In this document: piece after piece, positions 1 through 14,029 of the stretch | Position numbering within the stretch: position 1 is the stretch's first letter | Layout: each line of letters starts with the position of its first letter | NCBI GenBank assembly: GCA_000320545.1 | Contig: ADNK01001198.1 | Location: forward strand, 1 to 64,000 | Reading direction: 5' to 3' | DNA length: 64,000 nt | Source of the DNA: Bigelowiella natans CCMP2755 | Lineage: Eukaryota > Protista > Cercozoa | Program-made: the position numbers and the translations under genes | The notes under the pieces: model-generated | What the model saw: only the letters and a program-made list of their open reading frames with translations | Told to the model about the DNA's origin: nothing | Databases searched by the model: none

Positions 1-438
1 CAATGCGTTGGGAACGGAAAAGTGGCACATGCTTTGTGGTCTTCAGGTGAGCTTTTGATACGAAGACGCAAGTGGCACTGGTTGCGCAAATCATTGATTT
101 TGTGGGCATGTCATTGCTGCATTTGTGCTCGTTGCTGTTGCATGCACGTGTGGGGAAGTCGGTGTGCGCGAGCAGTTGCTTTGGTTCACAGGTGCGGTTT
201 CAACTTCAACGAAGACACAGTCGATTGCATTGCGAATTCAAAAATGGCATTAACTTTCACAATGAGAGGAATGAAACAGCAGAGTCATGTGGAATGATGT
301 GATGTTCGTTGAATGGCGGAGCACAAATAAAATCTCAAACTGGCATTGAGATTGAACTAAGCGATGCAGTGTTTCTCACATTCTTTGACATTTTGTGACA
401 TGGCATTGAATCACATGTGTTGCATTTGACGTTCGCGA

Positions 439-981
439 TCAAGATGTGTATTGCTCCAAAGATTTCAACAATTTCTGATTGTACGTGGCGTTAAGATGCT
501 CATAAAGACCCCGATAATCTTGACAATTCTGGAAAAACACATGTCATTCAACGTACAAAAATTTAGCCAAAACTCATTACCTCTCCGAAGAGTTTGAGAC
601 CCTCCTTAAGTACCCCAACTTGTTCAATTAACCTCTCGCGGAGTTTATTTACATGTTGAGAATCCGTTTCAGAATTGTGGGTATCTGTGTGCAAACCAAT
701 GCAAAATCTAAATGAAGAAGCTAAGTTTTTACTTGCCATATGCACACACAACTATAGAAATAATACCAATGTAACCCTCCGTAAGAAATGCTTCACAGAA
801 CAACTTAGTCCCACCATTGACACCAGCGTCGATTGTACCCTGTATTATTATAACACACACAAACACCCAAGAATGCACACATCCCTCAACTCTACCCTCT
901 TGATTCTCTCTTGTTTATGATTAGATCGACTTTTGTCGGATCTATCGCTGATATTTATTGATACAAAAATGAAACTATTAT

Positions 982-1044
<63 letters not shown>

Positions 1045-1379
1045 GTAATGTGCATAATATTGATTGACCTGAAGAAGGGCCAAGAGACCGTTTACTTCCA
1101 CCTTTTTGGTCTCCGATGCAGGAGTGTTGACATTGGATACAGATCTAGAGGAACATCGGAACAACATATATCATGCATGTGTTGACATTGGATACAGATC
1201 TAGAGGAACATCGGAACAACATATATCATGCATGTGTTGACATTGGATACAGATCTAGAGGAACATCGGAACAACATATATCATGCATGTGTTGACATTG
1301 GATACAGATCTAGAGGAACATCGGAACAACATATATCATGCATGTGTCAGTGGAAACGATCAAGATTTCATCGCCCCCC

Positions 1380-1414
<35 letters not shown>

Positions 1415-1932
1415 GCGAGAGAGAGGGAGAGAGATGTATTAGGGGATAGACGAATTTGACAAAGTGAAAACGACGTAATTACAATCTCTTTTGAGAGACG
1501 TTGAAATTTAGGCCTGGTACTGCAAGATTCTTTTGAGAAGCATTTGGAGACGAAAACATTGCAGAAGAAGTACCACCGCCACCAAAAATAGAGCCTCTAG
1601 CGGAATTATTTCTGCTAAAGATCGATTTGCGACTTTGTCTTGCTGTTGGTAGGCCGGATGGGGCTCTGTCACCCACGTTAGATATGCTGCGGGGAGACTT
1701 AACACTTCCCATACCACCTCCAGCACTCACTATTTATGATATGATCAGGCAGCAGGAAAGCATATTCGCAATGATGATGATGATGATGATGATGATGATA
1801 ATGACGAGATCTTGTGTAGTAGTAATAGGGACAATATAATAATGTCCACTGTTAGAGGATGTAATACATGGGGATATGATGCAGCAACGTGTTGGTGACA
1901 ACACCGCTACTCACTAATTGCGACTATCACAT

Positions 1933-1970
<38 letters not shown>

Positions 1971-2710
1971 GTGTGTCTGTATATCGTGGCCTGTGATACC
2001 CTGTATGTAGTACTTACTACTCCTCACATTACTTGGTGAGAGATGGATATGTTTCCTACTAACTTCTCACTTACTGGCTTCGGCAGCAGCAGCACTCACT
2101 TTTTTCATTTCCTTCAGAATTTGGCAGTTTTTCTCATGTACCTAAATATTATCACAACATTAAAGCAGCAAGATCACCGAATTATGACATTACTACTTGA
2201 TGAGGAGGAAAATGAATGGTGTTTCTTCGCTTGGCGTGATTCTAGATGCTATGAATTAATTACATACAATAACCAGAAGATGATCAATCATCGAATTGTT
2301 TATCTATCTATTTTGTTGTTCTTCTTATATGACAAGAATGAATAAATGAATTAATCAATCAATGTGAATCATAAATTCACCACACTTACCAAATTAGTTG
2401 CGTTCTCTATTGGTGTTAGCATGAATTCCTTCTTACTCACCACTCGGCACCGCCGACGAACCTATAATAATAACACCAAGTAGGAGGAGGAGGAGGAGGA
2501 CGGCGACAAGGAGTGTGTAAGAAGCAGCCATAAGGAGTAGACAGAAGAGATAGTCACTTGGAAGAGTGGTATATTTAATAGCTAAGTTAGGCTGAATCCT
2601 CCTATCATCATCATCATCATCATTATTCTTTTTTTATTTTCTATCGTCTTCGTTTCCATGATGAATAAGATAAAGCACACAGCAACCACCAATTACTTGT
2701 TAAGTAGCAG

Positions 2711-2741
<31 letters not shown>

Positions 2742-5700
2742 ACCGTAGGGAAACTGGCCTCAGAAACAAGAAAGGTTTGTCTAATCCACAGTTCCTTGAA
2801 TTCATTAGCAGGTCTCTTTTCCTTTGCTCTCTGCTCTGGTTTTTCGTACATGAAGACTGATCTATTGTTATTCTCAAAGTATTGCATCACAGGCTCTGTC
2901 ACATGTGGATTGCTCCGTAGTTTCAACACCCTTTTTTTCTCTTCCTCAGACAGCAATTCCTTCTCTGCTATAACTTGCCAGCTGGGTAGTTTTAGAGTCG
3001 TAATAGCAATTATCTTCTTATGTTCTTTCAGATCTTCCTCCTTTGGACTCCATCTCATAACGAGCTTAGCATCTGGGTATTTGCGCTTTATCCTTTGTGT
3101 GAAGTTCATCACTTTCTCCAAACGCCCTCCACGATAGACGTATTCATTTCCATTCTCTTCATCTTCAAACTCTCCGCAAAAAATAACACGATAATAGCTA
3201 GGGTAGAAACGAGGAGTTGATGCTATCTTGTGGAAGAGCTCAGCCTCTTGACGGAGGACAGAAGCAAGGAAATCATAATCAAACACATCATAGCGGTAAA
3301 ATGCCTCCAAACGCTCACACATCTCAATGGCTCTTTCCCAATCTTGTCCTGTTGTAAAGAATGAAATAGCGTTCTGTAGAAGACGTTCTTTCCGCTGCTT
3401 TTCAGATTCTCGAGGGAATTCCCCACGCGGTTCCAACATATTATCTTTCCAATCCAACATGTCTACTTCTAGTAACAGAGTAATACCAGCTTCTTGATAG
3501 TTCTTCAGCTCAGCATGCAATTCTACGAGGAAATCAACGTATCGAAAGTACATTTCCTTGCGGATATTGCCACTTTCATCCTTCTTTCTTAGATAATCCA
3601 TAAGCGCAAGTGCTCTCGATGTGCGCTCATCCTCATAAATGCCGGTGGTAGGAAATTTAAGCAAAGACAGCATAAGATCATGAAGATGTCCGATGTGATC
3701 AAGAAATAGAGCACCAGGCAGTTTTGTATGAGCAACATCGGTAGCAAATCGTTGTTTGAGCTCCTCCTCCAACATTCGATAAAACGCTTCACCACGGACT
3801 TGATTATCATGTACCATTTCAGAGAGGAAATCGATTGTGAATCTCTCCACTCTATTGATGGTGGAAGTGCATTTGTATTCTGTAACGATCATTGAGTAGT
3901 ATATGTCCATACATAGCTTCTGTGACTCAGGACTCCCCCCCCCCCCCCTACTCCGTTTAGAATCATTCCTGCTGGTGGTCTCCTTTGATTCTGAGGAGCT
4001 GGTGCTTAGCAAACCTGTAGCAATTATCTTCAATAACCCTGGCACTAGTACACGTGAGAACATCGGTCTACGAGACTTGAGTGAATCCCAGAGAGATTTA
4101 ATACCCTCTCTAACCTTTGGTCTTGGGTCGTCATATCCGAGCAACTTCTCCACTTGTACACGACGCTTTTGATTCATTGCCTCCATCTCAAGGTCTCGAT
4201 GTAGTAAGAGTTCCATACCAAGGGCAAAATAGAGGGAAATAACGTCTTCTTGTCGTATGGTAAGATCTTGAGCTTGCTCAGCCACTTCGCAAAAGAGTTT
4301 AGTGAGCATTGCATACACTTTGCATACAGTCTGTACTTGCAAAGTTAGGAGTACTACCCACACTTCCTCGTAGATATCTTGACTCATCACCTCTAACCAT
4401 AGACGCAATACGCGAGAGAGAAACTTAAATCGTTTATCTGATTCCATTGAAGTTATATGTTGGAGCAATACATCTTGAGGTAGTATTTTGAAGAACGTCA
4501 TTGTGCAAGTCAATGCGTTTGCAACTAACGTTGTACTACTAGTAGTAGGTCCTACGAGTTCTTTTACTTGTTCTGAAAGAGGGGCTAAAAGGGTGTGGTC
4601 TCTTCGTGCTTGACACAAAAGCAGGGAGGTATCCGTAAGATAACTTAAAACTGGAATGAATTTGAGAAGTATCTTAGACTGTTCTTCCTCAGAACGTAGC
4701 TCATATGATGATGATGATGATGATGATGATGATGCGGGGTTGTTTATACTACTACTACTTGTACGACTGATAATAGCAGCCTTCACATCCTCGCCTCCTC
4801 CACCACAACTGGTTTCTTTTACTTGGATGAAATGAAGCAATTTTTTTAGGATATCTACTGCCAGATAGCACTCATCTACCCCGCCATCAGGTACAAGATG
4901 AGCTTTGAGGTATTTGAGAAGTAGAGGGAAGAATGCCTCCTGTGCTACAGGGGCTTTAAAAGCCATCTTTTCAGCTAAGATACGAATAAGATTGAGTCGC
5001 GGTGCGTTGTTCTGTGGACTAGAATGAATCGACTCAACCAACCATACGACGATATCCGCCAACTCTTTTTGAGAAAATATCTTCTCGAAAGTGAGGAGGA
5101 CAATGGGAAGTACTTTGATGAAGCACATTTGGCCCTCTTTGACTTGCTTGTTTTTGCCAACATTACGTTTTAGAAGCTCAGAAATCAATTCCAAAGTGTC
5201 GTTTCGTAGAGCTTTCTTGAAGTCAGAGAGACTTAGAGTATCATCAGAATCTAGCTCATACGATCGTACACAGAACTGCATCAACCATTGAAAGCTTTTT
5301 GATAGTGGGACCAGACTCTCACTACATTGTATTAGTTCTTTTTTAAGGCGTTCATTGCTAAGGTTTAGTAGCAATCCATGCACCTTCGAGAAATTGAAGA
5401 CGTTCTTGATATAAGCCTCCATCATAATCTGTTCTTCTTCTTGAATGTTACTGAACACCTTTATAAGAGCTGTGAGCAAATCCTGGTGTAGCTCTTTGTG
5501 CTTAAGGCTTTGAAGCATTCCAAACAGCATGGACATTGTCACCTTGATGTACCTCTTAGTCTGCTCGCTTGAATAGGGTTCATTGTTGAAAGCTCTTAGA
5601 TAATGCTTTAGTTGTATGATACTTGTTTGCTGCCAACTTAAGAGAGGATGCAAAACATGTGACTGTGTTTTCAACGTTGAAAGCAACTTGGTCTTGACTC

Positions 5701-7981
5701 GAATTTCCTCACCCTTTCGTGGCTTTAAACTCTTATCGATGCCATGAAGGTACCTTTGGATGATAGAAAGATAATAATTATGAGGAGAAGCAGGAAGAAG
5801 AAGAAGACTACGATAATGACCATCTTTGTGCGGTGATATGGATGACGATGAACCATTTCGCTAACAAAATCATAATGTGTCATTCATATTTGATCAACAA
5901 ATTACTTGCATCCCTTGAGCTCTTTCAAGTTTGAACTGATTTTGTACGTGTGTATCACGTGATCCTGTGAATGAAAAAATAAAATGAGGAGTGAGTAATG
6001 ATGCCTTTATCCAAACAATTGTGTCACTTCCTTTTTTGCTTAAAAGGATAGAATATATATCGAGTGTAGTATGATAACAATAAGACAATCAATCAATGAA
6101 CAACAAATTATTAATTTTCATTTAACATACACTGTCGGGTAAAACAGCCCCCTTCTCAGAAGTCAACTTCATCCACCTAAAATAATATTTATATTATGCA
6201 CTTGTTGCTATTAATCTTTGTTAAAATGGTGATTGGTGGATAGATATTAGCTGGACTACGTACCCAAAGCTGAGAGGAGTTCCTTGCTTCTTGTTTGTTG
6301 ATGCATGGTAGACAACAAATTGAAGATGCGACTAACAATAAATGCAAACAACAATAGCACAAACCACAGATTGTAAGTATGTTGTCTACTAGAAGTATCA
6401 TTACTACAACTACTACTACTCCTATTACTACTATACTATTACTCTTTCCAGTAGCTCTGGATCGATCTTAAGGCTGAGGATTTCGTCCCATAGTGGCGTG
6501 TTGGAGTGGTAATAGACCGAAGATGTGAATTGATCTTGAGGATCAGGACTACCAGCAGCTTGGATAGAACGTGGAACATGCTTTCCATCATCCAGAAACA
6601 CCTAGTAGTAATCGATAAAATATTGATCATGATCATGAGAATTTGAAAATAGTACTACTAAGATGACGTCTACTACCTTGATTACTATTTGTACATTCAA
6701 AGCAGCTTTTTTGGATCCCTGAAGTATTAAGTATTATTATTATTAGTAGTAGTAGTAGTTTAATAATAATAATGTTAATACGACATAAAATAAGATATTG
6801 ATGAGAGGATCATAACAAATAAACATACGACTGCTGACTAACCAAATACTACCTGCAAAAACACTCCCGTATTGAGCCACATGAACAAGTCATTTCGAGC
6901 CTCTCCCGGATTGAAAATCGAGGGAAACGATAACTTCCAGACAACATATTAGAAAAAGATTAGTATATGATAATAGAACAACCAGTTGTCGATCAAATAC
7001 GGCAAGCACATTGTCTGATAGTAGTACAGAAATTATCATAACAAATAAAACAAAAACCTTCCCCATTTTCCTCACTTTGACAAATTGACACAAAAAATCA
7101 TGAAGATATCCATACATACTCAACAAAATGATATACTATATTCAATTTAGAATTGTATTATTTGCATATCATCTTTGCTGCATAATAATGTTCCCAATTT
7201 AATCCTTCTGTTAGTTTCCATCATTACATAACAAACAACTATGGCAGACAACAAACACACACCTTTCTTGAAACCACAACCCCCTTTAACTCGCCATCAT
7301 TGCGATTCAGGACTTGATCCAATGTAGCATTCTGCAGACGAAGCTGAAGAACTACTTGTTTGGCCTCCAAGACCTGATGATATGAGTATAAGAAGAAGAA
7401 GAAGAAGAAGAGTAAGAGACCAAGCTCAACGCTTAGCCCAAAAAACTTTGCTACTATAAATTTAATTACGAATAACTAGTAATGGGATAATAGCACCAAC
7501 ATTTATGAGGAGGAGGAGAAGGAGGAGGAGGAGGAGGAAATACTTTCTTGTAAAGCAGCAAAAGTGGTATAGTAAATAGAACAAACATCCTAACCTGTTT
7601 GGTCTCCCCAACCTTTCCCTCGAGCATCTTTCTTGGCATCGAAGAGAAATGCTTGAAAAAGAAGAAAGGAATCATAGTAATTCATTTTGTAGAATGTTTT
7701 ATAATGGCTATTATGTGTTGTAGTGCACAGAGTAGAAAATTGTTTTTTTGGAGGAACTGTACTGCTGCTGCTTCTTCTTCTTCTCCTTCTTCTCTAGAAA
7801 ACAAATTGTTCCCGTCATCACTTCCTCCTCCTCCCCTTCCTCCTCCTCCTCCTTATGGCAAACTACTTGTTCATTTGCTGGTGCTCGAATTTCAAATTCT
7901 CTCCCAGGAGTGTACTCTTGATCGACGAAATTGGTGAAACCTTTAAGATATATGTACATTACCACACACACCCACACACAT

Positions 7982-8042
<61 letters not shown>

Positions 8043-9047
8043 GAATTATTACCAAGATCCTCTAGACGGGCCATAGAGACAAAGAATGGACGACGATATT
8101 TTGGATCATTAGGCTTGGAAGTAGCGTTTTGCGACTTATCAAGTAGCAGAGATCCATTACGGTAGACCTGATTCCAGCAAGTAAATATAATAAAAAAATT
8201 ATGCATCGACAAAACCACACATGAACACACAATAATAAATAATGATGATGAAGTAAATAAAATGAGTTTTTCCTTTTATTATAAGTGTTATCACCAGACA
8301 TATAAGGGTAAATCCTAATGAGTATCTCACTTACTCACCTTGCAAACTAAATAGACGTTCTCTTCAAAATCCTCCAGGGTTAGATCGGTGAATATTGTTT
8401 TATTCTTGAGCACATCCCGTGCCATACCCTGAGATCAATCATCGGTGAAATACATACTGTTTTATTCTTGAGCATCACCAGCATGCGTAGTTGTTTAATA
8501 ATGTTTGACAACTCTCACCAATGATGAAAAAGTAAGAGACCATTCCTCAGTGAATGCCAAGTTAGTTCTGAATTGAAATAAACACATCATAACAGCTGTC
8601 ATTATGAGAACGAACATCATCCTCCTCTCCACTCACAGAGCATAGACATATCAGCAGGGTGCTTGAATCAAGATAAGCACCGCTCTACTACTACTAGTAC
8701 TACTACTACTAGTACTACTACTACTAGTACTACTACTACTAGTACTACTCTTCTGCATCAATATTATCGACAACTATCTGACAACTTTTTGTTCCAAAGT
8801 GCAAATGTGAGATGGAAATCCTAAGGGTTAGTAACAGTACAAGAATATGATATGAAGTGTTGGAACAACGTAAGAAGATGACACAAAAGTTCTATATGAA
8901 TAAGTAGGTGTTGTAGTGGTTTAGCTATTGATATGGATGATGATGATGATGATGATGATGATACCTCTTTAATTGTTGTGATGACCATCGAGCACTCCAC
9001 CACCAATTGGAACAAATTTATCTGAATAATGCGTATAAACAATATAA

Positions 9048-9108
<61 letters not shown>

Positions 9109-9269
9109 AATTGTTTGCATTAACTTTACATAAATTTATATTTATCACACTTATTATGTTTCAAGAAGTATGATTATTCAGTAGCTACTCGGCAAAATAG
9201 ATGAAGAAACACGCTAACACACACACACAAACACACACACACACACATCACATCACATCACATCACACT

Positions 9270-9302
<33 letters not shown>

Positions 9303-11710
9303 TTACTACTACTACTTTATTACTTTACCTCAGGTTTGCGACCAAGAGCAGCATTGATTATCTCCGACACAGTGTTTGTTTTCTTGCTTATTCTGGATAT
9401 GAGAATGTAGTAGGAATATCACTCATATAAGCAAACAGATATCATGTGATATTATCGGAAAGTATTTTGCGATTGACAACCTTAAATTATGTTGGTCCTC
9501 TCCAGCTTGGTACATCTCATGGTGTAACCTTGTTTAATGATAATGATGATGATGATGATGATAAAGGCTGTTGTTGCTGCTGCTGTAAGTCTGTGACCAT
9601 TTCATCGTCATGATGCATCATCAAAATCGAATTTCTTGCATGATGATATTTTTCACCACGACTAAATCAATGTTATAACACAGGAATGAAGGCTCTCGGT
9701 TGACTGGATAAATGAGGGGAAAGTAGCTATAATATACCCGAATAATGTGATGATGGACGTGTTGGAGGTATCAGCTTTCAACCCTGTACAAATTGAGTAC
9801 ATGACATTAAAAGTAATACGATCATTGACTGAAAAATAATAATGACGTTCACCTTTATTATTTCGGGGGATTATGAAACCCACAACCTTCTTGCGAGACT
9901 TCTCAATCAACTAATATCAAGAAAACATAATAATACGATTGTAAATGAGGAGACTGCACAACAAACAATACGGCTACTTTTACCAAGAAATATCTATTGT
10001 AAAAACATCAATCAATCACTTAAGGCAGCACAGCACTTAAGTGAGAAATAACAACCTGGATGATACGTTTTCTCAAAGTAGGGAACTCTGATGCCATATT
10101 CTCCTTCGTTACCAGTAATAACTAAATATATGATAATAAACAATTGTTAATACAATAGATGAGCTAGGTCGCTACTCCTGCTACTACTACTACTACTACT
10201 ACTACGATAAATAGTGGCATATATATGATGTATGTCTATTATTACCTGAGCTCTAAGCTCCAACAGAGTGGTTATACGCTCTTGAATCTTTTGATAATCC
10301 GTCACTTTACCGTCAATCAAGCTTTCGTTTGCTTCATCCAACCACAAACCCATACTAATATGCAGATTGTAAGACGACTGTTAGTCAATATCAACTATGT
10401 TACCACTAACTGGTTGCTGTAGAAATCATCATTATTTTATATGGTTGTTGCCTTCGTAGTTGGAAGAATAAAGGAGGAGGATTGTTATAGTACCATTGAT
10501 CGATTTCCTTAAGGATCTTTTGCATGGTCATATCACTTTCCCTTGCACTCAGCGTGGTATCTGGCTGGTTGTTTCCTTCTGCCTCCTGTTCATTGCTTGC
10601 TACTGTAGTAGTAGTAGTAGCAGTACTACTACTAGTATTTTTTGAGTCATCGCCCTTATTTAAGGCCTCCTTAGTGGATGATTTCTTTCCAGGCGGAGGA
10701 GGCACGTTTGGAGCAGCCGTGGTTAACGTGGGAGAAGATGAAGTCGTTGTGGGAGATTTGTCATTTTGCAACAACTTAACATAGGAAACTGGGAAGAATC
10801 CCAATGCTTTTGGAGATTTCTGAAAAAAATAAATGAAGGAAAATTTTGAAATAAACATTTGCTAGCTGTGTGGTAGCGCTACCACCAGCATCACCTAGTT
10901 ACTAAAGGGAAGGAACGACATACATCGGTAACGTAGCCTTTGAACCACCCACGAGATTCTGCCACTACAGTAACTTTGTCATCCTTCTCAAGAGCTAAGA
11001 TATAGACAATAATAACACCGCAAACGGCCCAGGTTTTGGGTGCGCATTAGTCTCATCATCAAAGTATGCAATAATCATATCCAGGCCCAGTAGAGAGGAA
11101 AAAGCAGCAGAAATTTTAAGGATCATGTTTATATTATTACGAATTTGAAATTTGTCCTTGCCCTCAAACTTGTACAGCGCAATTCCTGGTTTATTGACGG
11201 AACTCCACTTCGATCCAGCTCCTTGCTTACCACCTACCGAAGCAGCCTAGAGAATTATATACAAAATAAAATGGATGTATCCGTGTTTTGGCAATGTATT
11301 TTATGGCAACCTGCTGATGATGTGATTTCTCTAGCTCTATATAAGATTCTGGGAATATTCCTTTCCTCGTCACACCATCCACTTCAACCGTGCCTTTGAA
11401 CCAACCTGCACGCTTTGATGCCACTAACACACAACGAAACAATTAGATCGTAGATGTTGAGGCCATGAAGCTATTATTTTACAACACGACCTGTAACGTA
11501 CTGCCCTTTTTTCAGCGGCAGCTGGAATTCTCCATTGGGAGTGAAATCATATTTTGCTGAAATATATTGCCAATGTTTACGATTTCAAACAAACGAGAAC
11601 AAAACGTGAGGTATATGCCCAAAATGTAGAGTATCTCTTCAATGTTTATGTATATTCCTACAACATACCTTTTGACATTTATCATAAATTTTATGAATTT
11701 AATTATATTA

Positions 11711-11749
<39 letters not shown>

Positions 11750-12166
11750 AACACACGGTTTATTTTCGAATAGCACTTATACAGGTGTGTAAACTCATTG
11801 CATGCGAGTATCGTATACATGGTAGTTCATGAACACAAAATGAATATTGTCAAAATGTGTTACGATATGTGCGAAAAGAGAAATCTAGATTCTAAATTCA
11901 TAAATGATATGGTGTTTTAGAGAAAGAAAGGGAAAGGATAGGACACACGAATAAGGGGGGGAGAAAAAGAAAGAGAGAGACAGAGAATGGCAGAGACAGA
12001 GAGAGAGAGAGAGGGAGGTTGGCACTGTGAATTTGTGTACTCTGTGGGTAACGTTGATGACACGATGAAGAGAGATGAATCAGTTAACTATAAGATGTAC
12101 ATCTATAACTATTTCCATTCGACCTTTGCCTCTTTGATCAACTGTTTCCCAAGGCGTAGATGCCAT
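439..12166 (-). CDS. DOCK-family (DOCK1/2/5-like) Rac GEF, multi-exon: 2x SH3, DOCK-N, C2/DHR1, ARM, DHR2
   Basis: Probable start MASTPWETVDQRGK at 12166. SH3 motifs AKYDF..GWFKG..GIFPESYI (~11340-11555) and IALYKF..GWFKGY..GFFPVSYV (~10770-11190). IFTDL..VYLVCK at ~8340-8400. The 2744-5753 exon ends with DHR2 lobe A/B (RFYPSYYRVIFCG, EYVYRG, NEFKELW). Then LTPIENATNL (~2400), nucleotide-sensor GTIDAGVNGG (~810-840), KLRERLIEQVGVLKEGL (~590-650) and a final exon NCQDYRGLYEHL ending at TGA 439-441. Confidence 0.9.
1124..1347. repeat. Perfect 55-bp tandem repeat x4 spanning a DOCK splice acceptor
   Basis: Unit gtgttgacattggatacagatctagaggaacatcggaacaacatatatcatgcat starts at 1124, 1179, 1234 and 1289. 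Confidence 0.97.
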
Positions 12167-12442
12167 TGTGGCGTTTTGTTTCTTTTTCTTGGTCTACCCC
12201 GTTTGCAACGGTTCCGGCTGAGCGGTTGCAGATCTTTGTCTCTACTACTCTCAAGCGTACGGCTATAATCCCGGCCTAGTCCCGGCACTGATACTGTGTT
12301 GAATCTCTGGAAAGACTCTGGATAACTCACAAAAAAATAGTACAAAAAAATCCGGTTAATGACCGTAAAATCCGTATTTTAAAATTAGCAATTCAGAACA
12401 TAGCAATTTTATCCTGCGACATGATATCTGCGCCGATTTTAG

Positions 12443-14029
12443 ATGGAAGCTTCGTTCTCGACCTCGAGAGAAGTCGACGTTCCAACACGGCTAGGGAGCG
12501 AACGACTGTGCTTCATGAGTCCGTCATCACCAAAGGGACGCGGAACGACTGCATCTTGTAGAATCTCCGTGATATTCTTCGTGAACTTACTATGTCTTCT
12601 GCAAATAGAAGCGAAAAATATCCCATCTGGCGCCGTTGCGTCCCCACCTGCAGCAAAATCGTTACCTTTGCGACGGAGGATTTTCAAGGTCCACACTTAC
12701 CAACCATCGAGTTCTCATGACTAAAAACTTTGACGATTTTTAGAGCAAGAAGCTGGGAATTAAAGTAGGATGTGGATCAATTCAACGCAAAAATGTAGCA
12801 GTTAGATCGTCTGCAAGGCCTAGTCAAGGTACACTTTAAAGAATTTGTCATTGTCCACCATTTAAATTTTGGGCATTATGCAGCACCACTACCACTATAC
12901 GCCTCTACCATCGATGTCACAAGAAATGACCTTTACGGTTCCGACTCTACCGAAGGAATGACAAGGGTTATTGATGCACTGGAAAAAGCATGTATTGAGA
13001 TCTCCACAGCTCTAGCCAGAGTAAACATAGACCGCCGAACTGGTGATCAAGGCGATATCAATATCCAAGGAGAAAAGCAGAAAAAAATCGATGTGTATGC
13101 CAATGAACTAATTAAAAGAAAACTTTTTGAGAGTGGTGTAGTAGGAGCCATTGCTTCAGAAGAAGAGGATGACATAGTTCTTCCATCAAATCATTCCGTA
13201 GAAAAAGGCCCAATCTATGCAGTAGCATTTGATCCTCTTGATGGATCATCAAATATTGACTGCTCGGTTCCAACGGGGACCATATTCTCCATATACCAAA
13301 TTCCAGAAGAGCAGAGAGATTCGTTAGATTCAACAAACAATCCTTTCCTTTCCCCAGTGACTTCGATCATAGCCTCAGGATATGTAATGTATTCATCGGC
13401 AACCAGTCTAGTTCTGAGTTTCGGAAAGGGAACGCATATTCTTTCACTGGATCCAGACACTCGAAAGTTTGTGTTAACGGGTGCGAATATGCGGGTTCCG
13501 AATCGGGGACCATACTACTCTTTAAATGAAGGACGGTATTTTGATTGGCCAAACGGACTCCGAAATTACATCTCGGATGTAAAACAGGGGAAAGGAACGT
13601 GGGGGAAGAAATACTCATCACGATACGTTTGTTCCTTGGTAGCAGATGTCCATCGCACAATTCTTTATGGTGGGTGGGCAGGAAATCCAAGACCTCATCT
13701 ACGGTTACTTTTCGAGGCGGCCCCCCTTAGCTTTATCTTAGACCAGGTTTCACGCGACTAATATCGTATAAGTATGCTGCTACTGAACTAATTTGAATAA
13801 TGCACAAACCAGGCAGGAGGCAAAGGTTCTGACGGAAATCGCCCGATTTTAAGTTACACCCCAGATACACTGCACCAGGTACATATGACATTTCCCACAT
13901 CTGACCCCCATTATTAATATTTCTAATATATTTCAGCGACTTCCTGTATTCTTGGGTAGTTCTGAAGACATTGAAGAATTAGAAAGCTACGGAGATGTTC
14001 AACAAGGGAAGGCAAACTATGAAGCCTAG
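12443..14029 (+). CDS. Class I fructose-1,6-bisphosphatase, plastid cpFBPase II-type, with bipartite leader; spliced
   Basis: Motifs ASEEED, FDPLDGSSNID, YSSRYVCSLVADVHRT, GGWAGNPRPHLRLLFEAAP. Spliced C-terminus AGGKGSDG..RLPVFLGSSEDIEELESYGDVQQGKANYEA, TAG 14027-14029. First exon carries a hydrophobic segment ISVIFFVNLLCLLQIEA followed by a basic/Ser-rich stretch. Confidence 0.92.

Noticed and set aside
1124-1347. CRISPR-like array
   Set aside because: Units are head-to-tail with no unique spacers; eukaryotic intron context; no cas genes.
439-1730. Scrambled DOCK exon order (1479-1730 looked like a terminal exon upstream of DHR2 lobe C)
   Set aside because: A phase-2 donor (tt|gtaatt) just before the stop splices in frame to the SVSNVNT exon, so it is an internal insertion.
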